64,000 nucleotides of DNA from assembly GCA_050246755.1 (NCBI GenBank), contig JBFWVL010000003.1, positions 258,623-322,622 of the forward strand, written 5' to 3'. The position numbers and the translations under genes are program-made. The number at the start of each line of letters is the position of its first letter. Position 1 is the first letter of the stretch. The notes under the pieces are model-generated. The model worked only from the letters and a program-made list of their open reading frames with translations, was not told where the DNA came from and searched no databases. Below are positions 20,266-29,406 of the stretch, piece after piece. This DNA comes from Bacteriovoracia bacterium (lineage in GTDB: Bacteria > Bdellovibrionota > UBA1018 > CAIPTA01).

Positions 20266-21213
20266 GTGCGTCGCACCAGAGTTAAAATCATCGATGCCGA
20301 GCGTGGAATCGGCATCGCCGCCGCCTCCTCTTTAATTGAACGGGCCCTGCTCACGAAAGCCCTTAAGCAGTTCGCCGGCTGGGGAATCCCCACTCGCATA
20401 GACGACGATATCTACGAAAAACTACGCAGCTTCGCCGGCACCGATGAGCGCCGCGCCAACTCCCTGATTCGTTTGGCCAAGGATCCCACCCTCGGGGCTA
20501 TCTGGTGTGCTCGCGGCGGTTACGGTGCGGCGAGAATCTTAGCCCGCCTCGATAAGGCTGGGCTCCCCTCTCTCCTCAAGCGCTCCCCCAAATTATTGCT
20601 CGGTTTCTCCGACGTGACCGCCCTGCATTTTTATTTCGGCGCCCTCGGCCTTCCCACCGTGCACGCGCCGATGCCCGCCACGCCTTCCTGGAGCCACATG
20701 ACGCCGCGAGTGCACCGCCTCCTGCACACGATCCTCGCCGGCGGCCTCGAGCTCGGACGTAAAAGCTATACCGCCGAATGGAAAATAAAACCTATTTATA
20801 TGCCCCGCGGCGGCGCCGAAGGAATCCTGCGCGGCGGGAATCTTTCACTCTTGGCCAGTCTTGCCGGCACCCCTTGGCAGCCGGACCTGCGCGGCTCTCT
20901 GCTGATGCTGGAAGACTGCGGCGAACGCCCCTACCGCGTGGACCGCATGCTCACCCAGATCGCCTCGGCGGGAATGCTTAAGGGCGTGCGCGGCGTGCTA
21001 CTCGGCGATTTCGAGGCCGACGTGGAGTACAAGCACTCCTTCGAGAAGCGCTACTGGAACGAGATTTTCGCCGAACGCTTCGAGGGAATCCCGCTGGTGA
21101 AGGGTCTTCCCGTGGGCCACGGAAAGCGGAACGAGCCCCTGCCCCTCGGCGTGAAAGCGGCGCTGGATGGATCGGGAAAGTTACTGCTGCTCGAGCAACC
21201 GGTAACGGGCTAG
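20266..21213 (+). CDS. LD-carboxypeptidase (peptidase S66)
   Basis: AGTDERRA, RGGYGA, GFSDVT, GGNLS, LED and GHG motifs. GTG start follows GAAGGGG. Confidence 0.9.
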   Translation: MRRTRVKIIDAERGIGIAAASSLIERALLTKALKQFAGWGIPTRIDDDIYEKLRSFAGTDERRANSLIRLAKDPTLGAIWCARGGYGAARILARLDKAGLPSLLKRSPKLLLGFSDVTALHFYFGALGLPTVHAPMPATPSWSHMTPRVHRLLHTILAGGLELGRKSYTAEWKIKPIYMPRGGAEGILRGGNLSLLASLAGTPWQPDLRGSLLMLEDCGERPYRVDRMLTQIASAGMLKGVRGVLLGDFEADVEYKHSFEKRYWNEIFAERFEGIPLVKGLPVGHGKRNEPLPLGVKAALDGSGKLLLLEQPVTG

Positions 21214-21965
21214 TTCGCGCGCCAGAGGCGGTAGATCTGCTCTTCGGTAGAGCTCCACTCACCGCGGGCCTTATTGCTCACGGTCTGCACCTGAAAAACT
21301 CGCAGCATCAAGGGCGGACGCTCAGCTTCCTCGGCAGATGCCGGACGGCGCGCGTCTTTAGCCATAGGCGCCGCCACTTTCGGCTCCACGTAACGCAGGA
21401 ACTCCACGCTCACTTCCCGTTCGGCGCCGGGAACCGCGGTGGCAATCGTGCGGCCCGGAGCGGCGGAATCCGAAAAGCTTACGGCGGGAAGATTCAGGCG
21501 GTTCTTGCCCATCACGCGGCCGTAGCGGCGGAATTGGCAGAGTTCTTTGCCGTTCATTTTTTCAAACGAGAGGCGGCCGTAGGCAACTTTATCGTCTTCC
21601 ACGGGCACGAACGCTTCATACTCTTTCACCTCGCCCGAACCTGCCCAGAATAGGCCGTTCATCACGAGTGATCCGGCGGGCAAAGCTGCGCAGGACACGC
21701 CGCCGCGGGATTTTAGGAAAGCTTCGGCGGGAAGGAATTGCAGTTCGGCGAATTTTTCGGTTTTCACGCGCTTCTTCGAATCGCGCTCGTTCTTCCAGGT
21801 TTCCACGGAGCCGCGCCATTTGCCGTCGAGCGAGCTCCAGGAGAAGTCCTTCCACTCCTGCTCTTCCACCGTGCAAGAATGGCAATCGGCCTGCAATAGC
21901 GTCTTAGAGGCGCAGCTTGCGAGCAATAAAATAGAGAAACCGGCTAACCACTTTCGTCCGTGCAT
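21210..21965 (-). CDS. Hypothetical lipoprotein
   Basis: Lipobox LASC; preceded by an RBS and a sigma28-like promoter. Confidence 0.75.
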   Translation of the reverse strand: MHGRKWLAGFSILLLASCASKTLLQADCHSCTVEEQEWKDFSWSSLDGKWRGSVETWKNERDSKKRVKTEKFAELQFLPAEAFLKSRGGVSCAALPAGSLVMNGLFWAGSGEVKEYEAFVPVEDDKVAYGRLSFEKMNGKELCQFRRYGRVMGKNRLNLPAVSFSDSAAPGRTIATAVPGAEREVSVEFLRYVEPKVAAPMAKDARRPASAEEAERPPLMLRVFQVQTVSNKARGEWSSTEEQIYRLWRAN

Positions 21966-21986
21966 AAGTAGAGCTCCTTAGAGATC

Positions 21987-22014
21987 TTTTCGGAGCGAGG
22001 GTGGAAAATCTTTA
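21987..22014 (-). promoter_or_regulatory. Sigma28-like promoter
   Basis: TAAA-N16-TCCGAAAA on the minus strand. Confidence 0.55.
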
Positions 22015-22044
22015 GACAGAATCCGGGTAGCCAAATTTTGGACG

Positions 22045-22078
22045 AAAAAAAAGCGGTGGATTTCTCCACCGCCCTTTT
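22045..22078 (-). terminator. Rho-independent terminator
   Basis: GCGGTGGA-TTTC-TCCACCGC with a flanking A/U tract. Confidence 0.75.
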
Positions 22079-22094
22079 CGCAATTCAGATTGCT

Positions 22095-24275
22095 TTACTT
22101 GCCTTTAAGACCGCAGGTAGCCATCTGCTGCTTCATCTCGAGCTTCTCTTGCCGCGACAAGCCCTTGAGCGCAGGATTCATTTCAATCTGTTCGTCGAGG
22201 GCGAGCTCGAACGCTTTTTGCTGCTTAGCTTCTAGGCTGGCCAATCCACGCACTTCGCTGGAAGCCATCTTCTTCTCGGCCAAACGGTAGGTGGCGGTAA
22301 GTCCATCGAGGCCGGTTTCCCAGTCGTTGATCTTAGCGGCCAGGTACTTAGGATTCTCCACACCGAACTTTGCTCCAGCCAGCGCTGCTTCGAGCACCTG
22401 CAGGCGGTTCCCGTCGTTGAGCTTTGCCGTGTTCACTTCGGCCATAATGTCCATCACGCGTTTCGCCATCGAAGCATTCTTGATGTCTTCGCGGATCGCT
22501 TTCGTGGCGGCACGCTGGGTGAACTGCGAAATCAAGCCCTTCGAAGCCGCGGTGCGGATTACGCCCATGGCATCTTCGTTAAAATCGAGGTCGTGGATCA
22601 TCGCCTGCGCAGCCTTACGGGCCACGGTGGCGTCTTTGCTGTTCAGATCAGCGAATAGCTTCGTGATCGCCGCTTCCGAGTGGCCTTTCTCTTTCAGGGC
22701 CGCACGGAGCGTATTGTTCGCGGCCAGTTTCGCCATCGACTTCGCGCCCTGGTTAGCGGCGATCAAAGAGGCGGCTGCGCCCCCGAGAGCGATCTTACCA
22801 ATCCCCGTACCGAGCATGGCCGTGGGAGAGAGAGCGATATTGAATGCCAATGCGTCTTTCGCATCGGTGAGGTCCTTCATGTCGCCCACGGCTTTACCAT
22901 TTTCTTCGGTGGCGAAGTTCATCACGCGCTGTTCTTCACGATCGGCGTGCTTGGCATCTACGTAAATCGAAGCCGCGCCGGTCACTACGGCCGCCGTGGA
23001 GGCACCCAGGATGGTGGCGGTGGTGGTTCCTACGCCAGCCGCGGAGAGAACCGCGCCGCCCGCGAAACCTCCGGCAACGAATCCGGTGATCATTCCGCCC
23101 ATGATAACGGCGCTGTTGCGGGTATCTTTGTTAGCCAAGAGATTCGTCAAGCCGGTGGCCGATTGGCAATAGTTCTGGTTCTTTTCGAGCACTTCACGAA
23201 CGGCCGGGCCATATTTCATGATCTCGAGCAAATCGGAAACGGAGTTTTTCTGGATAGTTTTATCGAGCTTCGCGGCTTCCGCTTCGGCATTACCCAAGAG
23301 CTTCTTCGCGGCCATCGCCACGGCATGGCAGGATTCGGCATCGCCGTTGGAAGCGCAATTCTCGATGGCTTTGTCTTTGCCCAGGTAAGCAAGGATGGGA
23401 GCCTTAAAGATATTCTTCACGTATTCTTGGCGGTGCTCGGAAAATTTCTTGCCACGCTGGATGGTCTGGTACTTCGCAAAATCGGCCGTATTATATTTTC
23501 CGATTTTTGCTTTCGCATCCGCGTAGGCATTTTCGAGAACGGGGTTGGTCTGGCCAGCGTCACGCTTGGCCTTGATCTGCTCCATCCGGCGCTCCATCGC
23601 TTCGTCCCAGGACTTACGGATATCTTTGGTATCGTCTTCGAACGCATCCACGGCGTCGGCGAGCTCACTGTCGTTCAACGGTTCCATTTTTCCTTCGAAG
23701 GCAAGGTTGGCCGCGGGAGCGCCCAAGGAACGATTCACGTTCAAACGGGCTTCGGGCATCTCGGCAACCTGGTTGATGGTGGCGTAGCCGGAAAGGGCCA
23801 AAGCTTGGCGCAGTTCAGGACGAACTTTATTTACCGTTTTGGCTAGATTCTTCAGTACGGACTCGCAGCCTTCTTCGGTAGGGTGCTCGGCGCAGGCCAA
23901 GAGCATTTTATTGTAGGCCACGTTCACGGCGATATTTTCTTTCGCCTTGCCTCCCACTTGCTTCAAAAAATCAACGGCCTTAGCTTGGTCATTTTCGCTG
24001 CCGTCGAGCTTGGTGAGAATCGTTTTGATGGTGAAGAAGCTGTCGTCGGGAAGAACCTCGAGGCTCACTTGATCGCCGCACTCTTTAATGGCCTGGTCCC
24101 AGTACGCTTTATCTTCGTTATACACCTTGCTCGGCAAGAAGGCCTTGCTCTTACAAACTTCGAAAGGCGTATCACTGAGCTTCAGCTTCGCTAGCGGATC
24201 GGCACTCTCGGCGAAAACCACGGGCGCCGGGCAGGCAATCAAAGCGATCAAAGTGAGGGATAAAATGTTTTTCAT
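22095..24275 (-). CDS. Large exported hypothetical protein, helical, with a Gly/Ala-rich hydrophobic stretch
   Basis: Signal peptide MKNILSL...VFA; long ORF with genome-like codon usage. Confidence 0.75.
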   Translation of the reverse strand: MKNILSLTLIALIACPAPVVFAESADPLAKLKLSDTPFEVCKSKAFLPSKVYNEDKAYWDQAIKECGDQVSLEVLPDDSFFTIKTILTKLDGSENDQAKAVDFLKQVGGKAKENIAVNVAYNKMLLACAEHPTEEGCESVLKNLAKTVNKVRPELRQALALSGYATINQVAEMPEARLNVNRSLGAPAANLAFEGKMEPLNDSELADAVDAFEDDTKDIRKSWDEAMERRMEQIKAKRDAGQTNPVLENAYADAKAKIGKYNTADFAKYQTIQRGKKFSEHRQEYVKNIFKAPILAYLGKDKAIENCASNGDAESCHAVAMAAKKLLGNAEAEAAKLDKTIQKNSVSDLLEIMKYGPAVREVLEKNQNYCQSATGLTNLLANKDTRNSAVIMGGMITGFVAGGFAGGAVLSAAGVGTTTATILGASTAAVVTGAASIYVDAKHADREEQRVMNFATEENGKAVGDMKDLTDAKDALAFNIALSPTAMLGTGIGKIALGGAAASLIAANQGAKSMAKLAANNTLRAALKEKGHSEAAITKLFADLNSKDATVARKAAQAMIHDLDFNEDAMGVIRTAASKGLISQFTQRAATKAIREDIKNASMAKRVMDIMAEVNTAKLNDGNRLQVLEAALAGAKFGVENPKYLAAKINDWETGLDGLTATYRLAEKKMASSEVRGLASLEAKQQKAFELALDEQIEMNPALKGLSRQEKLEMKQQMATCGLKGK

Positions 24276-24395
24276 ACCGAGTTCCTTCAAGGTAACAATT
24301 GTGTGAATCACAAAAACGTCTCTTGAAGATATCGTCTCTTAAAGGAATTAAATTTACGAGAAAATGCAAAAACCGTAAGCAATCCGCCAAAATAC

Positions 24396-24458
24396 AAACG
24401 CAGCCGTGTAAGGCTGCGTTTACGAAAGAAAAAATGGTGGGGCCAATCCATGGCCCCA
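24396..24458 (-). terminator. Two hairpins downstream of flagellin (terminator region)
   Basis: AAACGCAGCC-GTGTAA-GGCTGCGTTT (24396-24421) and TGGGGCCA-ATCCA-TGGCCCCA (24438-24458). Confidence 0.65.
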
Positions 24459-24469
24459 AGACGTTATTA

Positions 24470-25297
24470 TCACAGAAGTTTCAGTGCATTAGCAGAACTG
24501 GAATTGGCCTGGCTCAATACCGCTACCCCGGCGCTCTGGATGATCGAGTTTCTCGCCAAGTTCGAAGCCTCTTCCGCGATGTCCGTGTCGGCGATCCGCG
24601 AACGGGCCTCGGAAAGGTTTTCTACCTGGACGCCGATATTATTGCTCGCGGAGTGCAAGCGATTCTGCAGGGCGCCCAAACTAGAACGGTAATTATTTAC
24701 CTTACTGATGGCGGTGTCGATGGTTTCGAGAGAATCGAGGGCGTCGCCCCGGCTCCCTACCCCGGCACCGGATATTCCCAGCGAACTCGAGCGGGCATCC
24801 GCCTCGTTCGACTGGAACTCGATCCGGTTGTTTTCACCCGAACGCGAGCCCACCTGGAAGCTGAGCGAGCCGCCCGAGCCGTCGAGGAGTTTACGTCCGT
24901 TGAAGTTAGAAACCTGGGCGATGCGGTCCACCTCAGATTTCAGCGTCTGGAATTCCTTATCCAATAGCGCGCGTTCCTCGTCGCCGAGCGTATCGGAGGC
25001 GGCTTGCACCCCGAGTTCGCGCAGGCGAATCATGATATTAGAAACCTCGTTGAGGGAGCCTTCCGCCGTTTGCACGAAGGAAACCCCATCATTCGCGTTT
25101 CGCTGCGCCTGCTTGAGGCCCCGCGTCTCCGCTAAGAGGTTCTGGCTGATGGCCAATCCGGCAGCATCATCACCAGCGTTTACAATCCTTTGTCCAGAAG
25201 AGAGCCGGGCAATCGAGCGGCTTTGCTGATTGCTGGACTCTTGAAGATTCCGCTGCACTACTTGCGACGGAACGTTGGTAGCGATTCTGAGACCCAT
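24470..25297 (-). CDS. fliC: Flagellin (short, D0/D1 domains only)
   Basis: RIATN, RLSSG, DDAAGLAIS, RNANDG, LGALQNRL and SRIADTD motifs. Confidence 0.97.
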   Translation of the reverse strand: MGLRIATNVPSQVVQRNLQESSNQQSRSIARLSSGQRIVNAGDDAAGLAISQNLLAETRGLKQAQRNANDGVSFVQTAEGSLNEVSNIMIRLRELGVQAASDTLGDEERALLDKEFQTLKSEVDRIAQVSNFNGRKLLDGSGGSLSFQVGSRSGENNRIEFQSNEADARSSSLGISGAGVGSRGDALDSLETIDTAISKVNNYRSSLGALQNRLHSASNNIGVQVENLSEARSRIADTDIAEEASNLARNSIIQSAGVAVLSQANSSSANALKLL

Positions 25298-25493
25298 ACA
25301 CGTCCTACTTTCTCAGTTTGACCGAAAGCAGCCCAATACTGCTTTGATCTATTACCTAGTATAACACGGAGCAGTGTAATGGTTTTGACAGGTATAAACT
25401 GGCGGATTTTAATGATCTTTTTGAGTTAGGCCGACGAAGGACTATACGGCCCCTGACGAAGAACTAGGCAAATTCTTAACAATTATAGAGGGC

Positions 25494-25949
25494 TTATTTT
25501 CGAGTAAAGCCGGTGCTACCAAAGCCACCCTCACCGCGGGCGGTATCGCTTAACTCTTTGGTTTCTACGAGTTGCGCCTGAAAAACCGGGCAGAGAACGG
25601 CCTGAGCCACCCTATCTTGGTCCTGGATCTCCATGGCCTCGTCTCCGAGGTGGATCAGAGCAATTTTCACCTCACCCCGGTAATCCGCATCGATGGTGCC
25701 GGGCGTATTCACCACGGTAATACCCCGCTTGGCGGCCCAGCCGGAGCGTGGGCGGATCTGGATCTCGTAGCCAGGGGGAATCTCCACGGCGAGGCCGGTG
25801 GGCACCAGCACGCGCTGGCCGGGCTTTAACGTGAGGGGCTCGCGGATTTGGGCGCGGAGGTCGAAGCCACTGGCGTGGGTCGTTTCGTAGGCGGGCAGTT
25901 CACCCTGAAAATGATCGAGCTTCTTTACGCGAACGGAGATTTTTTCCAT
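25494..25949 (-). CDS. dut: dUTP diphosphatase
   Basis: SGFDL, RPRSG, GTIDADYRGE and RGEGGFGSTG motifs. Start placed at MEKIS. Confidence 0.97.
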   Translation of the reverse strand: MEKISVRVKKLDHFQGELPAYETTHASGFDLRAQIREPLTLKPGQRVLVPTGLAVEIPPGYEIQIRPRSGWAAKRGITVVNTPGTIDADYRGEVKIALIHLGDEAMEIQDQDRVAQAVLCPVFQAQLVETKELSDTARGEGGFGSTGFTRK

Positions 25950-26008
25950 GGAGGATTTGTAGCGTAAAGGCGGCGCGGCATTGTAGGGAAATTTAGCGTT
26001 TAGTTGTC

Positions 26009-27115
26009 CTAAGGTACGTCGTCGCAACCTTTAGCGAGGCCTCGATAAACGCGACAAAATAAAGCGTGCTCTCCGGCTTTGCGTTCCGCCGGCGAGATCT
26101 TAGCCGTGGGCAAGCGAGACTTGTCGCCACGATAGTATTTTTCGCAAATCCAAGGCACTGAGCTATTTCGTTCCACGCATTTAGAATAGGAGGCCATCGA
26201 GCCCGGCCCTTCTTTTTTGGGCTTGGCTTGGGCGGGCTTTCTGTCGGACGCACAAGGTTCGTCTTTATAAATATTCCTAAATCCCATTGGACGATCGCCA
26301 AGGGAAACACAGGGTAGCTTCCCCGATTTTGCTTTATCGGCAACTACGCCACCTCCGGCCTTATCGGAAGCTTGAATTTCTTTCGCTACCGCCACTACCT
26401 TGGCGATCGCGCCTAAATTTTTCTCCACCGGAGCATTGGCTTCCTTCGCGGGCGCTGCGGGATCGCAGTCTTCCGGTTTATTTTCCGTTACGGACTTGGC
26501 AACCACCACCGGCTTGCCAGATTTTCCCTGAGCCGCCGACTGTGCTTGCTGCATGGAACTCATGCGCGCGAGCGTCTTAGCTACGTTGGGATCGATCGTC
26601 CCTTGTACGAGCTCCGCAAGGCGGCGGGAGTATTGGTCGTTCACGTCTTCCTGGAGACTCAAGCGGTAGGCTTCGTGGATCAGCGCGCGCTGGATGAAAA
26701 TCGGGTCGGCCTGGTGGCGCAGGATGCGGCCGATATCTACCGAGAGCTGCTTGGTATTGGTTTCGGTAAGAAAAGTAACGCAGCTGCCGCCATTATCCTT
26801 GAGCGGGCAATCGCGGTCGGTATCGCTATAGGCGATCTTGATATCATTCTTGCGAATCGCGCCGAGCAAAGCGTTTTGCAGAACTTCCACGTCTTTCTGG
26901 GAGACTTCTTTCGCGGTAATTCCCCGGCCGATATGGAGGGGACCATTGTGGGTGCGATCCATCAGCTCGTTGAACGTGTCCACGGCCAAATCTTCGAGCG
27001 GCATACGGTAGATATCCCCGCCGCAACTGCCCGTGCAGCCGCCTTCGGCAAAAACCGGCGAATGGCTGGAAACAGCCAGCGCAAGGATTACGAAAATGTA
27101 GCGAACGAAAAGCAT
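26009..27115 (-). CDS. Exported hypothetical protein
   Basis: Signal peptide, LIHEAYR motif and a Cys-rich C-terminus. Confidence 0.7.
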   Translation of the reverse strand: MLFVRYIFVILALAVSSHSPVFAEGGCTGSCGGDIYRMPLEDLAVDTFNELMDRTHNGPLHIGRGITAKEVSQKDVEVLQNALLGAIRKNDIKIAYSDTDRDCPLKDNGGSCVTFLTETNTKQLSVDIGRILRHQADPIFIQRALIHEAYRLSLQEDVNDQYSRRLAELVQGTIDPNVAKTLARMSSMQQAQSAAQGKSGKPVVVAKSVTENKPEDCDPAAPAKEANAPVEKNLGAIAKVVAVAKEIQASDKAGGGVVADKAKSGKLPCVSLGDRPMGFRNIYKDEPCASDRKPAQAKPKKEGPGSMASYSKCVERNSSVPWICEKYYRGDKSRLPTAKISPAERKAGEHALFCRVYRGLAKGCDDVP

Positions 27116-27156
27116 CGGTTCAATTTTTCCAAAAAGTCAGCAGAGTTCCGTTCTTA

Positions 27157-27184
27157 TCATCGGTATTTACATGAAAATAATTTA
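27157..27184 (-). promoter_or_regulatory. Sigma28-like promoter
   Basis: TAAA-N16-ACCGATGA on the minus strand. Confidence 0.55.
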
Positions 27185-27226
27185 GAGGCCGGCCGCACTT
27201 TCCAAGCGTCTCCGCACGGATACGTT

Positions 27227-28042
27227 TTATACCTCGAAAAAGTCCACGAGTAGGCTACAAACAGTCTCTTCCTTCGACGCCGCGATCACTTTGCGGCTCC
27301 GTTCAAGTGCCTCCAGCAATAACTTCTTCAGCTGATACTTGTCCTCCTCCGAGATCGAAACCACGGAGGAATAATGTAGATCGGTGACGCCTTTGCTCTC
27401 GTAGGAGCGGATCGCCATCAGCCGCCAGTTCATGTGATCGCGCGCGATGAGGGCGGCATCGCCCGTCAACCACTCCCAGCCATGGATCTCGTCCACCGCA
27501 CCATCTCTGAGCTTCACCATTCCCACTCCCACGAGGAATTCGAAAATCGCGGCTACTTGCGCGAGCGGGAGCTGAAAGTGCGTCGCCACCGCTTCCTTGG
27601 TTCTTAATCTAGGAATCGACAGCGCGTGTAAAACGGCGGCGTACTGCCAGCTGCTATAGAAAGTATTTTTGTCGGCGTCCGAGAGCCCGTTCTGGCTATT
27701 GAATTGTTTTCTTACATGCGCGTGCTCTTCCCGCTGCCTTTTGATCTGCCGCTCGAAATGTCGCTTCAAGCTGTCGGTACCCGCCCGGCTGAATTCCACG
27801 AGCGCGATAAAATACTGGGTCGCCGATTCCGCGAGCCCCAAAAAACTGGCGGCCCTATCGGCTTGCTCCAAGCTAAGGTGGGCATCGCCATCTAGAACTT
27901 TGGTTACGTAGCTAGGCTGGATCTGTACAGCGTCCGCAAATTTCGATCTAGAACCCCGGGAAGCTTTGGAAGATGCCGCTAGGGCCGCCTGGAGGAAGAG
28001 CTTGTAATCAGTAAAATCAAATACTTCGCTCATATCTTTCAT
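27227..28042 (-). CDS. TIGR02147/DUF4423-like HTH protein
   Basis: VFDFTDYKLFL, HTH with HLSLEQA, FYSSWQY, HMNWR and LHYS motifs. Confidence 0.8.
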   Translation of the reverse strand: MKDMSEVFDFTDYKLFLQAALAASSKASRGSRSKFADAVQIQPSYVTKVLDGDAHLSLEQADRAASFLGLAESATQYFIALVEFSRAGTDSLKRHFERQIKRQREEHAHVRKQFNSQNGLSDADKNTFYSSWQYAAVLHALSIPRLRTKEAVATHFQLPLAQVAAIFEFLVGVGMVKLRDGAVDEIHGWEWLTGDAALIARDHMNWRLMAIRSYESKGVTDLHYSSVVSISEEDKYQLKKLLLEALERSRKVIAASKEETVCSLLVDFFEV

Positions 28043-28158
28043 TGTAATTCAAAAATTTTGAAAGATTAGCTTAAATTTTATAATCATTCATCTATACTTG
28101 ATTGAATTAATCTATTATTATCAATCTCGTTCCATAACTGTTTTTTAGGAGATCCCCC

Positions 28159-28632
28159 ATGAAGAAGTTACTTCCAAGCCTGTTCCTGCTCACCCTCGCT
28201 GCCCTGGCTTCCCTACCTGCCCACGCCGATGCCTTCTTTACTTTCGGCACGCAATCGCGAGGGCAAACCGAACAAGTACGCCCCGGAGTGTTCAAAACCC
28301 AGATCGCACGCGACAAAGCCCGCGACGTAACCTTCCAGCACGAAGCCGGCCTTCCTCTCTTCCTCGGCGCGATCCCCTACTCCACTACCGAAAGACGCGG
28401 AGACGAGAACGCCTGCGCCAACGCTAAGGCACAAGCGGTGGCCGCCGGCATGATCGCCTGCCAAACCAAGTATGGCCGCTGCTCCACCCTCAGCGCGATC
28501 AGAGAAGAAGGCGAAACTTTCTGCCGGTATACGGTTTTCACCCAAAGTGAGAGCGCGAAAAAATTCAAAAATGCTTCGCTGGAAGAAGATAGCGAGCAAG
28601 AAGAGAATTACGAGGCCCAGGACGCTGCGTAG
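28159..28632 (+). CDS. Exported hypothetical protein
   Basis: AGGAG RBS, signal peptide ending AHA, four Cys. Confidence 0.75.
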   Translation: MKKLLPSLFLLTLAALASLPAHADAFFTFGTQSRGQTEQVRPGVFKTQIARDKARDVTFQHEAGLPLFLGAIPYSTTERRGDENACANAKAQAVAAGMIACQTKYGRCSTLSAIREEGETFCRYTVFTQSESAKKFKNASLEEDSEQEENYEAQDAA

Positions 28633-28650
28633 CTCCCGCACCTGAAATAG

Positions 28651-28680
28651 AAAAGCCTCCGCCGAAACGCGGGGGCTTTT
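28651..28680. terminator. Bidirectional terminator
   Basis: AAAAGCCTCCGC-CGAAAC-GCGGGGGCTTTT between convergent genes. Confidence 0.8.
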
Positions 28681-28865
28681 ATTTTTTCCGTGCCCCAACG
28701 GCAAAAACTAAAAATGCCGGTAGAAAAATCGGCCAGAGAACCGTCCAGCTGAAATAGAGCAGCGCGAGCGGGATCACGTGGAAGAAGCCGATGAGATTTC
28801 CGCTGAGCGCATCCGTCACCGCTATTCCCTCCGCATCTTTTCCTGCGTGGGAGAAATTGGCCATG
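28679..28865 (-). CDS. Possible small membrane protein
   Basis: Hydrophobic ORF directly downstream of the 28867-29238 gene. Confidence 0.35.
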
Positions 28866-28866
28866 C

Positions 28867-29238
28867 TTACCGGCAATCAAGCTCGTAGGAGATCTGCGCC
28901 GTGCCCTCGCCGAGGGCCACGAACTGCATCAGGTGCAGCTTGCCGGAGCTTTCGATCGAAGCACGCGTGCCGTCGGGATACTTCACGCTCACGCCGAGAC
29001 CATATCCGCTGGGGCCACGCTTCACTTCCACTTCGAGGCCTTTATACGCGAGCTTTTCTGCGTAGGTCGAAACCGCGAATCGCCGAGGGGGCTCATCCCC
29101 AGGCTTGTCGGCCATACTGGCGCTAAACTCACAAACGAGGCCTGAGCCGCCCGCGGCGGCGGCCGGCTTACGGGCGGCTTCGGCCGGGCCCATGCCTAAG
29201 ATCAATAAAATCGCTAAACTCCATCGTAGGATTTTCAT
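28867..29238 (-). CDS. Exported hypothetical protein
   Basis: Signal peptide (AEA) and a Cys pair; sigma28-like promoter upstream. Confidence 0.7.
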   Translation of the reverse strand: MKILRWSLAILLILGMGPAEAARKPAAAAGGSGLVCEFSASMADKPGDEPPRRFAVSTYAEKLAYKGLEVEVKRGPSGYGLGVSVKYPDGTRASIESSGKLHLMQFVALGEGTAQISYELDCR

Positions 29239-29258
29239 AATAGAATCCCCCGCCCCTC

Positions 29259-29286
29259 CTATCGGCGATGACGCGGAGGAACTTTA
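29259..29286 (-). promoter_or_regulatory. Sigma28-like promoter
   Basis: TAAA-N16-GCCGATAG, near consensus. Confidence 0.75.
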
Positions 29287-29406
29287 GGGTTTTTGAAAAT
29301 AAAGTTGTGGATTGTTAAGAGGGTTAGATCACCTGGGGCGCCCCAAGTGTGCGCTCAAGCGCACTAGTTGGTTAGAACGTTCAAAGTGAAGTTAGAAAAC
29401 CACGCT

